Shown here: positions 21,336 to 31,876 of the stretch, one piece after another
How the letters are laid out: the number at the start of each line of letters is the position of its first letter
Numbering within the stretch: the first letter of the stretch is position 1
Origin: Chamaesiphon sp.
Lineage (GTDB): Bacteria > Cyanobacteriota > Cyanobacteriia > Cyanobacteriales > Chamaesiphonaceae
Reading direction: 5' to 3'
DNA length: 64,000 nt
NCBI GenBank assembly: GCA_965246715.1
Contig: CBDFFH010000055.1
Location: 128,001 to 192,000, forward strand
The notes under the pieces: model-generated
Databases searched by the model: none
The model's input: the letters and a program-made list of their open reading frames with translations, nothing else
What the model was told of the DNA's origin: nothing
Program-made: the position numbers and the translations under genes

Positions 21336-21410
21336 ACCCACCCCGCCCTACGGGCACCCCTCCGAGGAGGGGAATTGTATTAATTTACCAGCCACTAGCC
21401 ACTAGCCACT
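21336..21410. repeat. Small dispersed repeat plus heptamer tandem repeat
   Basis: ACCCACCCCGCCCTACGGGCACCCCTCCGAGGAGGGGAATT (related copy around 35931-36168) followed by AGCCACT x3 at 21390-21410. Confidence 0.7.
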
Positions 21411-21429
21411 AAACCCTATCCTCTAAATC

Positions 21430-22611
21430 ATGCAATACCGCCGCTTCGGACGTACCAATCTCCAGATGCCAGTTTTTTCTTGTGGAGGAATGCGCTATCA
21501 ACATAAATGGCAAGATGTGCCGCTAGCGGAGATTCCCGCTGACAATCAACAAAATTTAGCAGCGACGATCCATCGATCGCTAGAATTGGGATTGAATCAT
21601 ATCGAAACCGCCCGGTTTTATGGTTCGTCGGAAGTACAATTGGGGCAAGTATTACCCCAATTAAATCGTCAAGATTTTATCTTTCAAACTAAGGTTGCGC
21701 CTACTGCCGATCCGCAGGAATTTAGGAAAATGTTTGAGTTATGTCTGACGCGACTCAATCTAGATTATGTTGATTTGCTAGGCATTCATGGGATAAACGA
21801 TCGAGAAATGTCGGATTTTGCCCTGCGCGATGGGGGCTGTTGGGAAGTTGCCAAGCAATTGCAAGCTGAGGGCAAAGTTAGATTTATCGGGTTTTCTACC
21901 CATGCACCAACCGATCTAATTATTAATGCGATCGAGAGTGACAAATTCGATTATGTCAATCTCCATTGGTACTATATCAATCAAACCAATTGGAGTGCGA
22001 TCGAGGCAGCCACACGGCACGACATGGGTGTATTTATCATCAGTCCCACCAACAAAGGCGGACTGTTAAATAAACCATCGGCGAAACTAGTCGAGCTGTG
22101 CCAGCCGTTAAGTCCGATCGTGTTTAATAATCTTTTCTGTCTGAGTCATCCGCAGGTGCATACTCTCAGCATCGGTGCGGCTACCGCTAGCGATTTTGAT
22201 GAGCACATGCAGACATTACCATTACTCGATCGCGCCAGCGAGATTTTACCACCAATTATCGATCGACTCGAACGCGAAGCAGCAGCTAAACTGGGGACAG
22301 AATGGATGCAGACGTGGCGGGAAGGCTTACCTGCACTGGCGGATACTCCAGGTAATATTAATATCGCTACCATCCTCTGGCTGCGAAATCTGGCGATCGC
22401 GTATGACATGGTAGAGTATGGGCAAATGCGCTACAATCTTCTCGAAAATGGCGGTCATTGGTTCCCTGGTGCAAAAGCAACTAATATCGCCGAACTTGAT
22501 TTCTCTACCTGTCTGGCAAATAGTCCTCACGCTGCCAAAATTCCGGCTTTGTTGGTGGAAACCGATCGACTGCTCGGTGGGATGGAAATCAAACGATTAT
22601 CCCAGAGTTAA
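21430..22611 (+). CDS. Aldo/keto reductase family oxidoreductase
   Basis: MQYRRFGRT, HIETARFYG, QTKV, LDYVDL..IHG and FIGFSTH motifs. Confidence 0.9.
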   Translation: MQYRRFGRTNLQMPVFSCGGMRYQHKWQDVPLAEIPADNQQNLAATIHRSLELGLNHIETARFYGSSEVQLGQVLPQLNRQDFIFQTKVAPTADPQEFRKMFELCLTRLNLDYVDLLGIHGINDREMSDFALRDGGCWEVAKQLQAEGKVRFIGFSTHAPTDLIINAIESDKFDYVNLHWYYINQTNWSAIEAATRHDMGVFIISPTNKGGLLNKPSAKLVELCQPLSPIVFNNLFCLSHPQVHTLSIGAATASDFDEHMQTLPLLDRASEILPPIIDRLEREAAAKLGTEWMQTWREGLPALADTPGNINIATILWLRNLAIAYDMVEYGQMRYNLLENGGHWFPGAKATNIAELDFSTCLANSPHAAKIPALLVETDRLLGGMEIKRLSQS

Positions 22612-22643
22612 TCGCACTAAATAAACCGATCGATCTTTATCTA

Positions 22644-22672
22644 TTGACTGTTCTCTATAATCGTGGTATCTT
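22644..22672 (+). promoter_or_regulatory. Sigma70-type promoter for the tRNA
   Basis: TTGACT, 17 bp spacer, TATCTT with a TG extension, ending 42 bp before the tRNA. Confidence 0.55.
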
Positions 22673-22714
22673 AGCAAAGGACGTAAAATGCACCTCAACA
22701 ACAAAGATAAACGA

Positions 22715-22798
22715 GCGGATGTGGCGGAATTGGTATACGCGCACGCTTGAGGTGCGTGTGGCATTGTGTCCTTGGGAGTTCGAGTCTCCCCATCCGCA
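22715..22798 (+). tRNA. trnL: tRNA-Leu(GAG)
   Basis: Acceptor stem GCGGATG/CATCCGC+A, D-loop GGAATTGGTA, anticodon arm CACGC-TTGAGGT-GCGTG, long variable arm, T-loop GTTCGAGT. CCA is not encoded. Confidence 0.96.
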
Positions 22799-22805
22799 TA
22801 TATCT

Positions 22806-22842
22806 AAAAAAAAGGATAAGCTTAGCGCTTATTCTTTTTTTT
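22806..22842. terminator. Bidirectional intrinsic terminator
   Basis: A8-GGATAAGC-TTAGC-GCTTATTC-T8 hairpin. Confidence 0.75.
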
Positions 22843-22854
22843 GGGGCGTAATTT

Positions 22855-23022
22855 TTAAGTAGAGATCGATCGGCGCATTCGATCGGCATATTTCCAGGCC
22901 GAGCTGTAGTCAGTTCTGAGTAACTCCCAAAAATAGTCATCATCGAACGGCGTATAAGTAGGCGGTTTATTGATCTTCCGACGAGTTTTTTTGAATTGAC
23001 TGAGGATGGCAAATTGAGTCAT
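22855..23022 (-). CDS. Putative 55 aa protein
   Basis: Below the ORF-track cutoff: MTQFAILSQFKKTRRKINKPPTYTPFDDDYFWELLRTDYSSAWKYADRMRRSIST. It fills the gap between the peptidase and the terminator. Confidence 0.5.
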   Translation of the reverse strand: MTQFAILSQFKKTRRKINKPPTYTPFDDDYFWELLRTDYSSAWKYADRMRRSIST

Positions 23023-23060
23023 GGAGAGGTAGATCCCGATCTGGTGCAGGCGGAGGATAA

Positions 23061-24989
23061 CTAGATGAAAATTTCGATCGGTTCGATTGATTCGGCTGGT
23101 TGGAAGCCAAATAGTTGAGAGTAAAAATAGAATTCGCCCGTCAGTGAGCGTTTGATGTTATCAGCTTGGCGGAAACCATGTTGCTCGTCGGGGAAGGTAA
23201 CATAGGCAACAGGGACATGTTTTACTTTGAGCGCATCGACCATCATTTCGGCTTGATTGGGGAGGACGACTTTATCCTCTAGGCCTTGGAAGAAGATAAT
23301 CGGACAGGACAATCGCTCGGTAAAATATAATGGCGATCTGGCACGATAGCTATCGGCACCAGCTGGATAAGGCGCAACTAAGCGATCGAGATAACGGGAT
23401 TCAAACTTGTGAGTATCTGTGGCCAAAGCCGCTAAATCGCTGACCCCATAATAGCTAGCGCCAGCCTTGAACACATCGCGGAATGTCAGCGCACATAGGG
23501 TTGTATAACCCCCAGCACTACCACCAGAGATAGCCATCCGATTGGCATCGGCCAATCCTTGCTGGGCTAAATATAGCGCAGCATTGGTACAATCATCGAC
23601 ATCGACAATCCCCCATTTACCATCAAGGCGATGCTGATAAGCTTTGCCGTAACCAGTACTGCCCCCATAATTTACGTCTACGACAGCAAAGCCGCGACTC
23701 GTCCAGTATTGGGTTTTGAGGTTGAGTTGGCTAGATGTCGCAGCGGTAGGGCCGCCGTGACTTTTGACTAATAGGGGCGGTTTCTCGCCTAAGAACGGTT
23801 GGTAGTCTTTGTTGGTGGGTGGATAATAAAAGGCATAGGCAGTCGCGCCATCGGTAGTGGGAAACTCGATCGATTCGGGGATGGAAAGGTAGCCAGGATC
23901 GATCTGGAGTTGGTTGGCACGTTTGAGCGGTTGTCGGATCTCGGTTTGAAGATCGATCGATATGACTTGATTGGGTTCGGTCGCTGAAGCCGCACAGCAG
24001 ACGACTAAATTACCCTGAGCGCGAATGCTCGAGATATCAGTGTAGGGTACATTTAGTGGGGTCAGATGCTTACTGAGAGTATTAACTAAAGCCAGATGCC
24101 AGATACCAGCTTGAGTATAGGCACAGACGATCCGATGTTTGCCAACCAGCGCGTATGTAGACATCCCAAACACCCATTGCGGGAGGCTAAACTCGGCCGC
24201 GAAGGGACAAACGGCTTCAACAGGGCCGCTACTCCAGCGATAGAGATTGCCCCACCCAGTGCGATCGCTGACAAAATATAATGTATCGTCAGATGACCAC
24301 TGTGGCTGAAAGATCGCTTCATGTGCGCCGCCAGCAATTAATGTCGGTGCCGACAAATAGCCATTATTAACGGTAGCAATTTGCAAATTGGTACCATCCC
24401 AAGGTAAATTTGGATGATTCCAACTCAACCAGGCTAATTTAGTGCCGCTGGGATTCAATCGTGGTGCGGCATAAAAATCACAACCGCCAACTAAAACATA
24501 GCTATCTTTGCCATCCTTGATGTTGATACTGACGATCGTATTGAGCGGTTCAAAGTCTACCGAGTCATGTTCTTCCTGAACGCAAATCAACCGTTGACGA
24601 GTAGTATCGATCGTCAGATCGGCATAGCGTTTCTTGGGGTCGCTCGTGATTTGACGAACTCGATCTGGCTGCTCGCTAGCTAAATCTTGGGCGTACAGAC
24701 AACCATCGCTATTGTTACTAAAATAAACTTGTCGATCGACCACTGTATAAGCCGCACCACCATACTCGTGAACGCGATTGCGAACATTGTATTCTGGTGG
24801 CGTAATATCGGTAATGCGACCGTCGAGCGTCCGCCTAACTACCACATTGCGTCCGGCTTCTTGAGGACGAGACTCCAGCCAATAAATATCGGTGCCATCT
24901 AAGACGATCGAACTCAGTCCGATACTATCGGCAACAATCGCATCAGCAGTAATCGGAGATTGCCAGGAACCAAATGCAGCAAGTTTCAT
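23061..24989 (-). CDS. S9 (prolyl oligopeptidase-like) family peptidase
   Basis: HGGPT, NYGGSTGYG, GGSAGG nucleophile elbow, QGLED and EQHGF catalytic-triad motifs. Confidence 0.93.
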   Translation of the reverse strand: MKLAAFGSWQSPITADAIVADSIGLSSIVLDGTDIYWLESRPQEAGRNVVVRRTLDGRITDITPPEYNVRNRVHEYGGAAYTVVDRQVYFSNNSDGCLYAQDLASEQPDRVRQITSDPKKRYADLTIDTTRQRLICVQEEHDSVDFEPLNTIVSINIKDGKDSYVLVGGCDFYAAPRLNPSGTKLAWLSWNHPNLPWDGTNLQIATVNNGYLSAPTLIAGGAHEAIFQPQWSSDDTLYFVSDRTGWGNLYRWSSGPVEAVCPFAAEFSLPQWVFGMSTYALVGKHRIVCAYTQAGIWHLALVNTLSKHLTPLNVPYTDISSIRAQGNLVVCCAASATEPNQVISIDLQTEIRQPLKRANQLQIDPGYLSIPESIEFPTTDGATAYAFYYPPTNKDYQPFLGEKPPLLVKSHGGPTAATSSQLNLKTQYWTSRGFAVVDVNYGGSTGYGKAYQHRLDGKWGIVDVDDCTNAALYLAQQGLADANRMAISGGSAGGYTTLCALTFRDVFKAGASYYGVSDLAALATDTHKFESRYLDRLVAPYPAGADSYRARSPLYFTERLSCPIIFFQGLEDKVVLPNQAEMMVDALKVKHVPVAYVTFPDEQHGFRQADNIKRSLTGEFYFYSQLFGFQPAESIEPIEIFI

Positions 24990-25215
24990 AGTGGCGATCG
25001 AGATAATGTGTAGTGGCGATCGTCAGTATAATCGATCTCAACATTATACGAAAATAACACCGACACAAATCTTGCTTATCAAAAGTTCGCGTTGCTGGAT
25101 CGGCGCTCCCGACATGATGGTGATAATTTGAAATTATCCTTGGCGAAACCCTTTTCTAGCCAAGGTACTAGATTGATGCTAACAACAAACCGCTCGGCTT
25201 AGCCCCATCTAATAG

Positions 25216-26823
25216 TTATACTAACATTTCAAGCTGGTTCAAACTACAAGTCTGCGGCGATCGAACCAACAATCCATATTCAATCCCTTGCGCCACAGCT
25301 TGATAAGATGCTTCTAAAATATTGTCAGATACACCGATCGTTGTCCAGCGATGTTCGCCATTACTCGACTCGACTAAGACGCGGGTAATTGCCGATGTTC
25401 CTTCAGTACCATCGATAATTCGGACCTTATAATCAGTCAGATGGCATTTATTTAATTCTGGATAAAACTGGCTCAATGCCTTTCTTAAAGCTGCATCGAG
25501 TGCCGAGACTGGGCCATTTCCTTCAGCAGCTTCGAGAATATCTTGACCGTCTACGGTAATTTTAATCGTCGCTAAAGAGTGCTGCTGAGTCGCGATCGAG
25601 CAATGCACCTGAAAACCTTGAATCTGGAAGATTTCCGATCGTTGTCCCAAAATTTCGCGCATCAATAATTCAAAACTGGCTTCTGCCGCTTCAAATTGAT
25701 AACCTTGATGTTCTAATTCTTTGAGTTTGGCTAAAATTTGTCGCGTGCGCGGATCTTCTTTAGTGAGCGCAATATTCATTTCTGTCGCTTTAATCAGCAC
25801 GTTGCTCAACCCCGATTGTTCGGAAATCGAAATCCGCCGCGCGTTGCCTACTTGCATCGGCTCGATATGTTCGTAAGTGCGGGGATTGCGTTCGACAGCG
25901 GAAACATGAATTCCCCCTTTATGGCTGAACGCGCATCTACCCACAAAAGCGGCATAATCGTTGGGCGCAACGTTGACAACTTCGCTGACATATCTACTCA
26001 CTTGTGTCAATCGCGTTAAATCTGCTGCTGCCAGACAGGAATAGCCCAACTTGAGTTGCAGATTGGGAATTACCGAGCAGAGGTTGGCATTGCCACAGCG
26101 TTCGCCATAACCATTAATCGTGCCCTGTACCATCGTCGCGCCAGCCGTCACGGCCGCGATCGCATTAGCAACCGCCAGTTCGCTATCATTGTGACTGTGA
26201 ATGCCAAATTGTAACTGACGCTCGGGATCGACGGTACTAATTACCGCACTCACGATCGCATTAATATCTTGAGGCAAAGTGCCCCCATTCGTATCGCAAA
26301 ACACCAACCATTCAGCCCCAGCCGCGATCGCCGTTTTCAGCGTTTGCAGGGCGTATTCCGGATTTTCCCGATACCCATCGAACCAGTGCTCGGCATCATA
26401 AATTACCCGCCTGCCCTGAGAAATTAGATACTCGATCGAATCCCTAATCATCTCTAGATTCTCGCCTAAATTCGTCTTTAAGCCCTCGGTAACGTGCAGA
26501 TCCCAAGATTTACCAAAAATTGTCACCCAATTGGTTCCGGCGGCAATAATCGTCGCTAACATCCGATCTTCTGCGGCTAGTCCACCAGGGCGACGGGTCG
26601 AACAAAACGCCACTACTTCAGCCTGTTGCAACGGTTCTGCCTGCAATCGTTGAAAAAATTCCCCATCCTTGGGATTCGCCCCTGGCCAACCACCTTCAAT
26701 CCACGGTACCCCCAATCGATCGAGCTGCACGGCAATTTTCAGCTTATCTTCGACAGATAGCGTCAAGCCTTCCCGTTGCGAACCATCGCGGAGCGTCGTA
26801 TCGTAAATTTGGATCTGGGGCAT
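25216..26823 (-). CDS. cimA: Citramalate synthase
   Basis: YDTTLRDGSQREG, EGGWPGANPKD, FGKSWDLHV, YDAEHWFDG and HKGGIHVSAV motifs; LeuA-type regulatory C-terminus. Confidence 0.92.
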   Translation of the reverse strand: MPQIQIYDTTLRDGSQREGLTLSVEDKLKIAVQLDRLGVPWIEGGWPGANPKDGEFFQRLQAEPLQQAEVVAFCSTRRPGGLAAEDRMLATIIAAGTNWVTIFGKSWDLHVTEGLKTNLGENLEMIRDSIEYLISQGRRVIYDAEHWFDGYRENPEYALQTLKTAIAAGAEWLVFCDTNGGTLPQDINAIVSAVISTVDPERQLQFGIHSHNDSELAVANAIAAVTAGATMVQGTINGYGERCGNANLCSVIPNLQLKLGYSCLAAADLTRLTQVSRYVSEVVNVAPNDYAAFVGRCAFSHKGGIHVSAVERNPRTYEHIEPMQVGNARRISISEQSGLSNVLIKATEMNIALTKEDPRTRQILAKLKELEHQGYQFEAAEASFELLMREILGQRSEIFQIQGFQVHCSIATQQHSLATIKITVDGQDILEAAEGNGPVSALDAALRKALSQFYPELNKCHLTDYKVRIIDGTEGTSAITRVLVESSNGEHRWTTIGVSDNILEASYQAVAQGIEYGLLVRSPQTCSLNQLEMLV

Positions 26824-26866
26824 AAATTGCGAGAAAATAGAAGTAGTTTAACTGTAGGTATCGATC

Positions 26867-27193
26867 GTGCCCCAAGTCACCGCCCAAGGAAAAATCTTTA
26901 CCTGCGAACCGGAAGCCAATCTCCGTCAGGTCTTATTAGCTCATGAGGTAGATCTCTATAATGGTAATGCGAAAATCATCAATTGCATGGGAATCGGCAC
27001 CTGCGGCACCTGTGCGGTGCAAATTCAGGGTGAAGTATCGCTGACTAATTGGAAAGATATTACCCGAAGATCGCTACCACCCCATTCACTTACCAAAAAT
27101 CTGCGGCTTGCCTGTCAGACACAAGTTTTGGGCGATATCACTGTGACTAAATTTAACGCTTTTTGGGGACAAGGAAACAATCTTGTGTGGTAG
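26867..27193 (+). CDS. 2Fe-2S ferredoxin-like protein
   Basis: NCMGIGTCGTC...RLACQ motif. Confidence 0.9.
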   Translation: MPQVTAQGKIFTCEPEANLRQVLLAHEVDLYNGNAKIINCMGIGTCGTCAVQIQGEVSLTNWKDITRRSLPPHSLTKNLRLACQTQVLGDITVTKFNAFWGQGNNLVW

Positions 27194-27431
27194 GCATACT
27201 CTGAAAATTTCTCTCCGTTCGCGTTGGCAGAGCGTTTGCCTTAGTAAAAGCGTCTAACTCAGCAGCGGATGGTTGTGTTGGTGGGTATAGATTTCAGTAA
27301 CTAATCGATCTCGCCAGTAATTAACGTGGGTCTCCAAGGGGTAGGACAAGTTTTGTTCGATCGCCAATATGGCGTAAACCTGCCCCTCTGATTCCGAAAT
27401 ATCGATCCACTCAGTAATCATAATCTTCTCA

Positions 27432-27965
27432 ATGACAAGTCAAATTTTTCACATTTCGCCGCTGATTCGGATTACCCTGAGTTTTTTGTATCTCTCACTC
27501 ACGATCCCCCTGCCATTTTTAGCTGCATTTACTCATGCAGAAGTATCCCCAAATCTAATTTGGGTGGGAATTGGCGTGGGATTTATGGCATTACAGGGCG
27601 CATTGAGTCAGCGAGTAGTCGTGGACGATCGATCGATCCAGGTTAATTATCCCGCCTGGGTGCCAAACTTTTTTACGAAGAGTTGGATGCTGGCTTGGAG
27701 TGATGTCAAAGAACTAAAAATGCGGACGACCGGACAAGGTGGATTGGTTTATTACTTTACAAACCAGACTGGACAAGGATTTTTACTACCGATGCGCGTC
27801 GCAGGCTTTAATAAATTGGTACAATTAGTCCAACAATATACCAAGATCGATACAACAGACATTCGCCCACTCGCTCAACCGTGGATGTATTTTGCATTAT
27901 TGGCACTGACTGGATTTTTATTACTAGTCGATACCTGGACGATTTGGACGGCGATGGCAAATTAA
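27432..27965 (+). CDS. Hypothetical membrane protein
   Basis: Three TM segments; TTGQGGLVYYF and LLPMRVAGF segments. Confidence 0.75.
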   Translation: MTSQIFHISPLIRITLSFLYLSLTIPLPFLAAFTHAEVSPNLIWVGIGVGFMALQGALSQRVVVDDRSIQVNYPAWVPNFFTKSWMLAWSDVKELKMRTTGQGGLVYYFTNQTGQGFLLPMRVAGFNKLVQLVQQYTKIDTTDIRPLAQPWMYFALLALTGFLLLVDTWTIWTAMAN

Positions 27966-28048
27966 TGGGTAATTTCTACGATCCTTTGATAATTCAGATA
28001 ACAATGACAGGTTAATTGGTAATTTACAACTCGTAATTCATAATTTTT

Positions 28049-29566
28049 ATGGTTGACTCATTTGCCCAACATTATCACCAACGAACGAAATACGATCCAG
28101 ATACGATCGCATCAAAAAGTCAGGGGTTAGATTGGAGTAAGCAACCATCATCATCTAAAGAATATAAGATCGGCACGATTTACGATCTCAAGCCATATTT
28201 ACAATCGACTAAACAAGATCCCGATAGTCAGTGGTGGCAAAGATTATCGCTGTTTTTATTGTGCAGTTATGGCTTGACCGCACGCATCCAAACGATGGGC
28301 GAACCCATGTTTTTGCGAGCGGCTCCATCGGCGGGTGGATTGTATCCAGCCGAGATTTATTTGGTATCGCGGGGTAATAACTTATTACCCCCAGGATTGT
28401 ACAATTACCAGGTTAAAGAGCATACCCTCATTCACTTTTGGTCGAACGATGTCTGGCAAAACCTTCAAGTTGCTTGCTTTATGCATCCAGCTCTAAAAAT
28501 TGCCAACTTGACGATGATTACCACAGCGGTATTTTTTCGATCGGCATGGCGCTATCAAGATCGAGCTTATCGGCGCATTTTTCTCGATACCGGGCACTTA
28601 TTGGGAAATATCGGATTAGCTGGTTCGATGAATGGTTTCCGGCCTTATTTTATCGGTAGCTTTGTCGATCGATCGATTAACGAATTGCTCTATCTCAATA
28701 GTGAAGAAGAGGGTGCTGTTACAGTTATTCCGTGTATCGATCTCGAAGTTCATCCCGATCCAAACATTCCCTATTTTCCCACGGCATTGCCATCGCGAAT
28801 CAATTCAGAGTATCCAGATCTACCTGATGGTCAGTTATTAAATTACTGCCATCAAATGACTGAAATTACGGAGATGAGACAGCTTCCCGCCAATCCAGCG
28901 GACGTTCATCCCAGCCAATTAGATGATAAATATAATTTTCCGTTCTGTCTCAAGATTTCCACAGCAACCGCACCGATCGATTGGCAAGAGAATTTGCCGC
29001 TAGGTGGGTTGGAAGATACAATGCTCAAACGCCGTTCTACTCGTGCTTATTCAGGTGCAGATCTAAGCCTTGAGGAACTTACTGCGGTCTTAGATTTTAC
29101 CTATCAGCCCCAACATTATCGCGAACAACATTTAGATCCCGATCCTGATTATTTCGATTTGAGTTTAATTGAAACCTTCGTTGCTGTTTCTGGTGTTAGA
29201 GGATTGGATGAGGGCTGTTATTATTACGCACCAAAAGCGCAAGAGTTACGCCAAATCCGGTTTAAAAACTTTCGGAACGAACTGCATTATTTGTGCTTGG
29301 GACAAGACTTAGGCCGCGATGCTGGTGCGGTGATTTTTCATACCGCCGATCTGCAAGCGGCAATTCGGAAATATGGCGATCGGGTGTATCGTTATTTACA
29401 TTTGGATGCCGGACATTTAGGTCAAAGATTGAATCTAGCTGCCATTCGCTTAGAGCTAGGTGTGAGTGGAATTGCCGGATTTTTTGACGATCGAGTTAAT
29501 GAAGTTTTGGGTATTCCTGAAAGTGAAGCGGTATTGTACATCACCACTTTAGGTCGTCCGGCATAG
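28049..29566 (+). CDS. SagB/ThcOx-type FMN dehydrogenase (tandem nitroreductase domains)
   Basis: RAAPSAGGLYPAE, RYQDRAYR..LDTGH, KRRSTRAY and KYGDRVYRYLHLDAGH motifs. Confidence 0.9.
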   Translation: MVDSFAQHYHQRTKYDPDTIASKSQGLDWSKQPSSSKEYKIGTIYDLKPYLQSTKQDPDSQWWQRLSLFLLCSYGLTARIQTMGEPMFLRAAPSAGGLYPAEIYLVSRGNNLLPPGLYNYQVKEHTLIHFWSNDVWQNLQVACFMHPALKIANLTMITTAVFFRSAWRYQDRAYRRIFLDTGHLLGNIGLAGSMNGFRPYFIGSFVDRSINELLYLNSEEEGAVTVIPCIDLEVHPDPNIPYFPTALPSRINSEYPDLPDGQLLNYCHQMTEITEMRQLPANPADVHPSQLDDKYNFPFCLKISTATAPIDWQENLPLGGLEDTMLKRRSTRAYSGADLSLEELTAVLDFTYQPQHYREQHLDPDPDYFDLSLIETFVAVSGVRGLDEGCYYYAPKAQELRQIRFKNFRNELHYLCLGQDLGRDAGAVIFHTADLQAAIRKYGDRVYRYLHLDAGHLGQRLNLAAIRLELGVSGIAGFFDDRVNEVLGIPESEAVLYITTLGRPA

Positions 29567-29893
29567 TCTAGTCGATCGCATCGCCACTGGTAAACTAAAG
29601 ATCGAATTGCTAACAACTGCATATTGTAAATAAATATATACTTTTGTCCCGCGCTCTTGGATAGTCGACCTCAGCAGTTGTATCTATATGAGGCAACCGC
29701 GCTAGCAGTTGTCATCGTACTATGTTGGAGGCGAGCGGCATGATTGGCTGGATTATCTGGGGTTCTGGTGGCAACTCGGTGGATTTAGGGGTGACGGAAC
29801 ACAAGCATTGTGAAATTTGCGAACGCGAACGTCCGTTTGCAACAGTATTACAATATCGATATGCACATCTCTATTGGGTATTTTCCTGGATTA

Positions 29894-31123
29894 CTCACAT
29901 CTTGCACCAGAATATAAGTACTAGATTTAGATCGAGACTAATTCCAAGGCAAGACCCTGCGAGAGCAGAAAGTCTCGCTTCCGATCGATTTCTACTAAAA
30001 GTAAACTCACTGCGATCTGTGGCATTAACTGTTGAAGTGCCAGCTCAGATTCCTGTCTCCACTCAGGCGGAAGGCTTACGTTTGAGGATAAATAGACCCA
30101 GTGGGTGAGTACAAAACTAATAAAGCTCAGAAGCAGCCAACGGTATACACCTAAAAGTGTTTGTTGACCGAAGCTAGCCAGCCCAAATCGATATTTAGCA
30201 GTCTTGAAAAATCCTTCAATTGCCCATCGACGACTGCCCCACCAAGCAATCGTACTGCCTTTAAGAGCGCGGGTCGAAATCACAAATCTTTTCTCCAACT
30301 TACCATCCCGTTTTAAGTAGAACCAGGAAGCCGTAACCACGCCCTCTAAACCTGATAGCTTAACTTGTTGACCCTTCTTGCCTAGCATCTTCATCTGTCT
30401 CCCATCTGCCAGTTTCCGGTTATTCGGTATACCAACAATTGCTTGATGACGAAGTTTTTTGACCCCGTTGAGGAATTCGACACTACTAAATCCAGTATCG
30501 GCCAATACTTGGACTCGAAAGCGGTAAGTGAGTTTCTTGGGCAAGGTGCGGAGCAATTTTAGCCCCAATTGAGCAGGAGTAGTTGTGCCTTTACCACGCC
30601 AGGAACGGAACGCCCAAGGTATTCTCCACTGTCCAACGACTAAGTACAGTACAACCAAATGCAGTCCTCGCTTACCGTTGAGAATATGTATCAACGTTGC
30701 AAATGCTTTGAATTTCCCCCTTTTCTCCAATGTAGTCAGATCGATAATTACCTGCAAGTAAGGTCTTTGTCCTTTGGCTGTGTAATTACTCAACTGTTTC
30801 AAAATATGTTGGCGAGTCGTACGAATCACGGCTCTGGTTGGCCACCCATATTCATTGAAAAATCTGCTCAAAGCCGCAGGTGATTTAATCACCCCATGTT
30901 CTGGTAACATTTGACCATTCTTAGGTTCCATAAATAGAGCGAAACTAGCTTGGAGACTAAGTTTCTGATAGGGACTGGGCATCAGCTCTAACAACGTGTA
31001 GAGTATTAATTGGGCGTACGGGAGAATGGTATTCACTGTTCTCATCAATGTTTTTACACGCCCTTTTTCTGATATTTTGACTCCTGCGAAAATCAGTTGT
31101 TATGTACTGGTGCAAGATGTGAG
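29894..31123 (-). mobile_element. IS701-like element, copy 1 (1230 bp)
   Basis: IRs CTCACATCTTGCACCA and TGGTGCAAGATGTGAG; 4 bp TSD ATTA. Confidence 0.92.
29927..31048 (-). CDS. DDE transposase (IS701-like; family tentative)
   Basis: IIDLTTLEK, VLADTGF and RRWAIEGFFK motifs. Confidence 0.9.
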   Translation of the reverse strand: MMRTVNTILPYAQLILYTLLELMPSPYQKLSLQASFALFMEPKNGQMLPEHGVIKSPAALSRFFNEYGWPTRAVIRTTRQHILKQLSNYTAKGQRPYLQVIIDLTTLEKRGKFKAFATLIHILNGKRGLHLVVLYLVVGQWRIPWAFRSWRGKGTTTPAQLGLKLLRTLPKKLTYRFRVQVLADTGFSSVEFLNGVKKLRHQAIVGIPNNRKLADGRQMKMLGKKGQQVKLSGLEGVVTASWFYLKRDGKLEKRFVISTRALKGSTIAWWGSRRWAIEGFFKTAKYRFGLASFGQQTLLGVYRWLLLSFISFVLTHWVYLSSNVSLPPEWRQESELALQQLMPQIAVSLLLVEIDRKRDFLLSQGLALELVSI

Positions 31124-31410
31124 ATTACCGAAAAGCACTATTCGTTACTATGTACGATTTGCTCTAGGGGCTGGGAATTAAACGCGATCGAAGTTGAGAA
31201 AGCGCTACCAAACCATCCGATTCCCTTCATGCGACGGTGGGGCTGGGCTTTTTTAGTAGCTCCATTTGCATTTTTCTTGCTGCTTGGATCGATCGGTTCT
31301 CTATTTTCGCATCGGTAATCGTGCTGATACATGGGAGCTAAAATTGGGGGACTTGCGTCTATAAATCCTAGAGATAATCGCTAAAAATAGATATATTTAG
31401 GAGCTAAATC

Positions 31411-31749
31411 ATGATAACTAAAACGATTAAAACTTGGATTACTACTGCTAGTATAGCTTTAGCGATCGGGATATTTATTCAGACGCTCCCTACATTAGCA
31501 AATACAGAGAGTTTAAGTACAGTCAAGCCGCCGCTAGTTAGTCTTGAGGGTACGATTCACAAGTTAGCTGTGGAAGGAACTTGCTATCAACTAACTGCTA
31601 AGGATGGCAAAAATTACGAGCTGATGGGCAAGTTTCCCAAGCGCGATGGCGTAAAAGTTCAAGTAAGTGGAGTTGTCGCAACGGATGTTGCTACCATCTG
31701 TCAAGTCGGACAGCCATTTAAAGTCCGATCCGTCCGAGTTCTCCGATAA
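31411..31749 (+). CDS. Small secreted protein
   Basis: Signal-peptide-like N-terminus; EGTCYQL..DGKNYEL and ATICQVG with two Cys; AGGAG RBS. Confidence 0.75.
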   Translation: MITKTIKTWITTASIALAIGIFIQTLPTLANTESLSTVKPPLVSLEGTIHKLAVEGTCYQLTAKDGKNYELMGKFPKRDGVKVQVSGVVATDVATICQVGQPFKVRSVRVLR

Positions 31750-31876
31750 ATTAGCAGTTCACGGCGCTAACGGGAAAGAGAAGGTGGAATTGCCCCCGCA
31801 CGAGCAGCCGAGATCGCGGAGGAGATCTATTTTCGATTAATTAATGTCGATGATGAAGTAACTAACCGCGAACAAC

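Larger units (their letters stand above)
29740..31318 (+). pseudogene. Zinc-ribbon membrane protein gene split by an IS
   Basis: Removing 29894-31127 restores a 114 aa ORF: MIGWIIWGSGG..CEICERERPF..YAHLYWVFSWIT/EKHYSLLCTICSRGWEL..TM. GGAGG precedes the ATG. Confidence 0.85.

Noticed and set aside
22715..22860. tRNA-Leu as an island integration site
   Set aside because: No integrase and no duplicated tRNA 3' end were seen; ordinary genes flank it.
28049..29566. SagB/ThcOx dehydrogenase as a sign of a RiPP (azole peptide) cluster
   Set aside because: No YcaO, precursor peptide or transporter is nearby; it looks like the stand-alone type.
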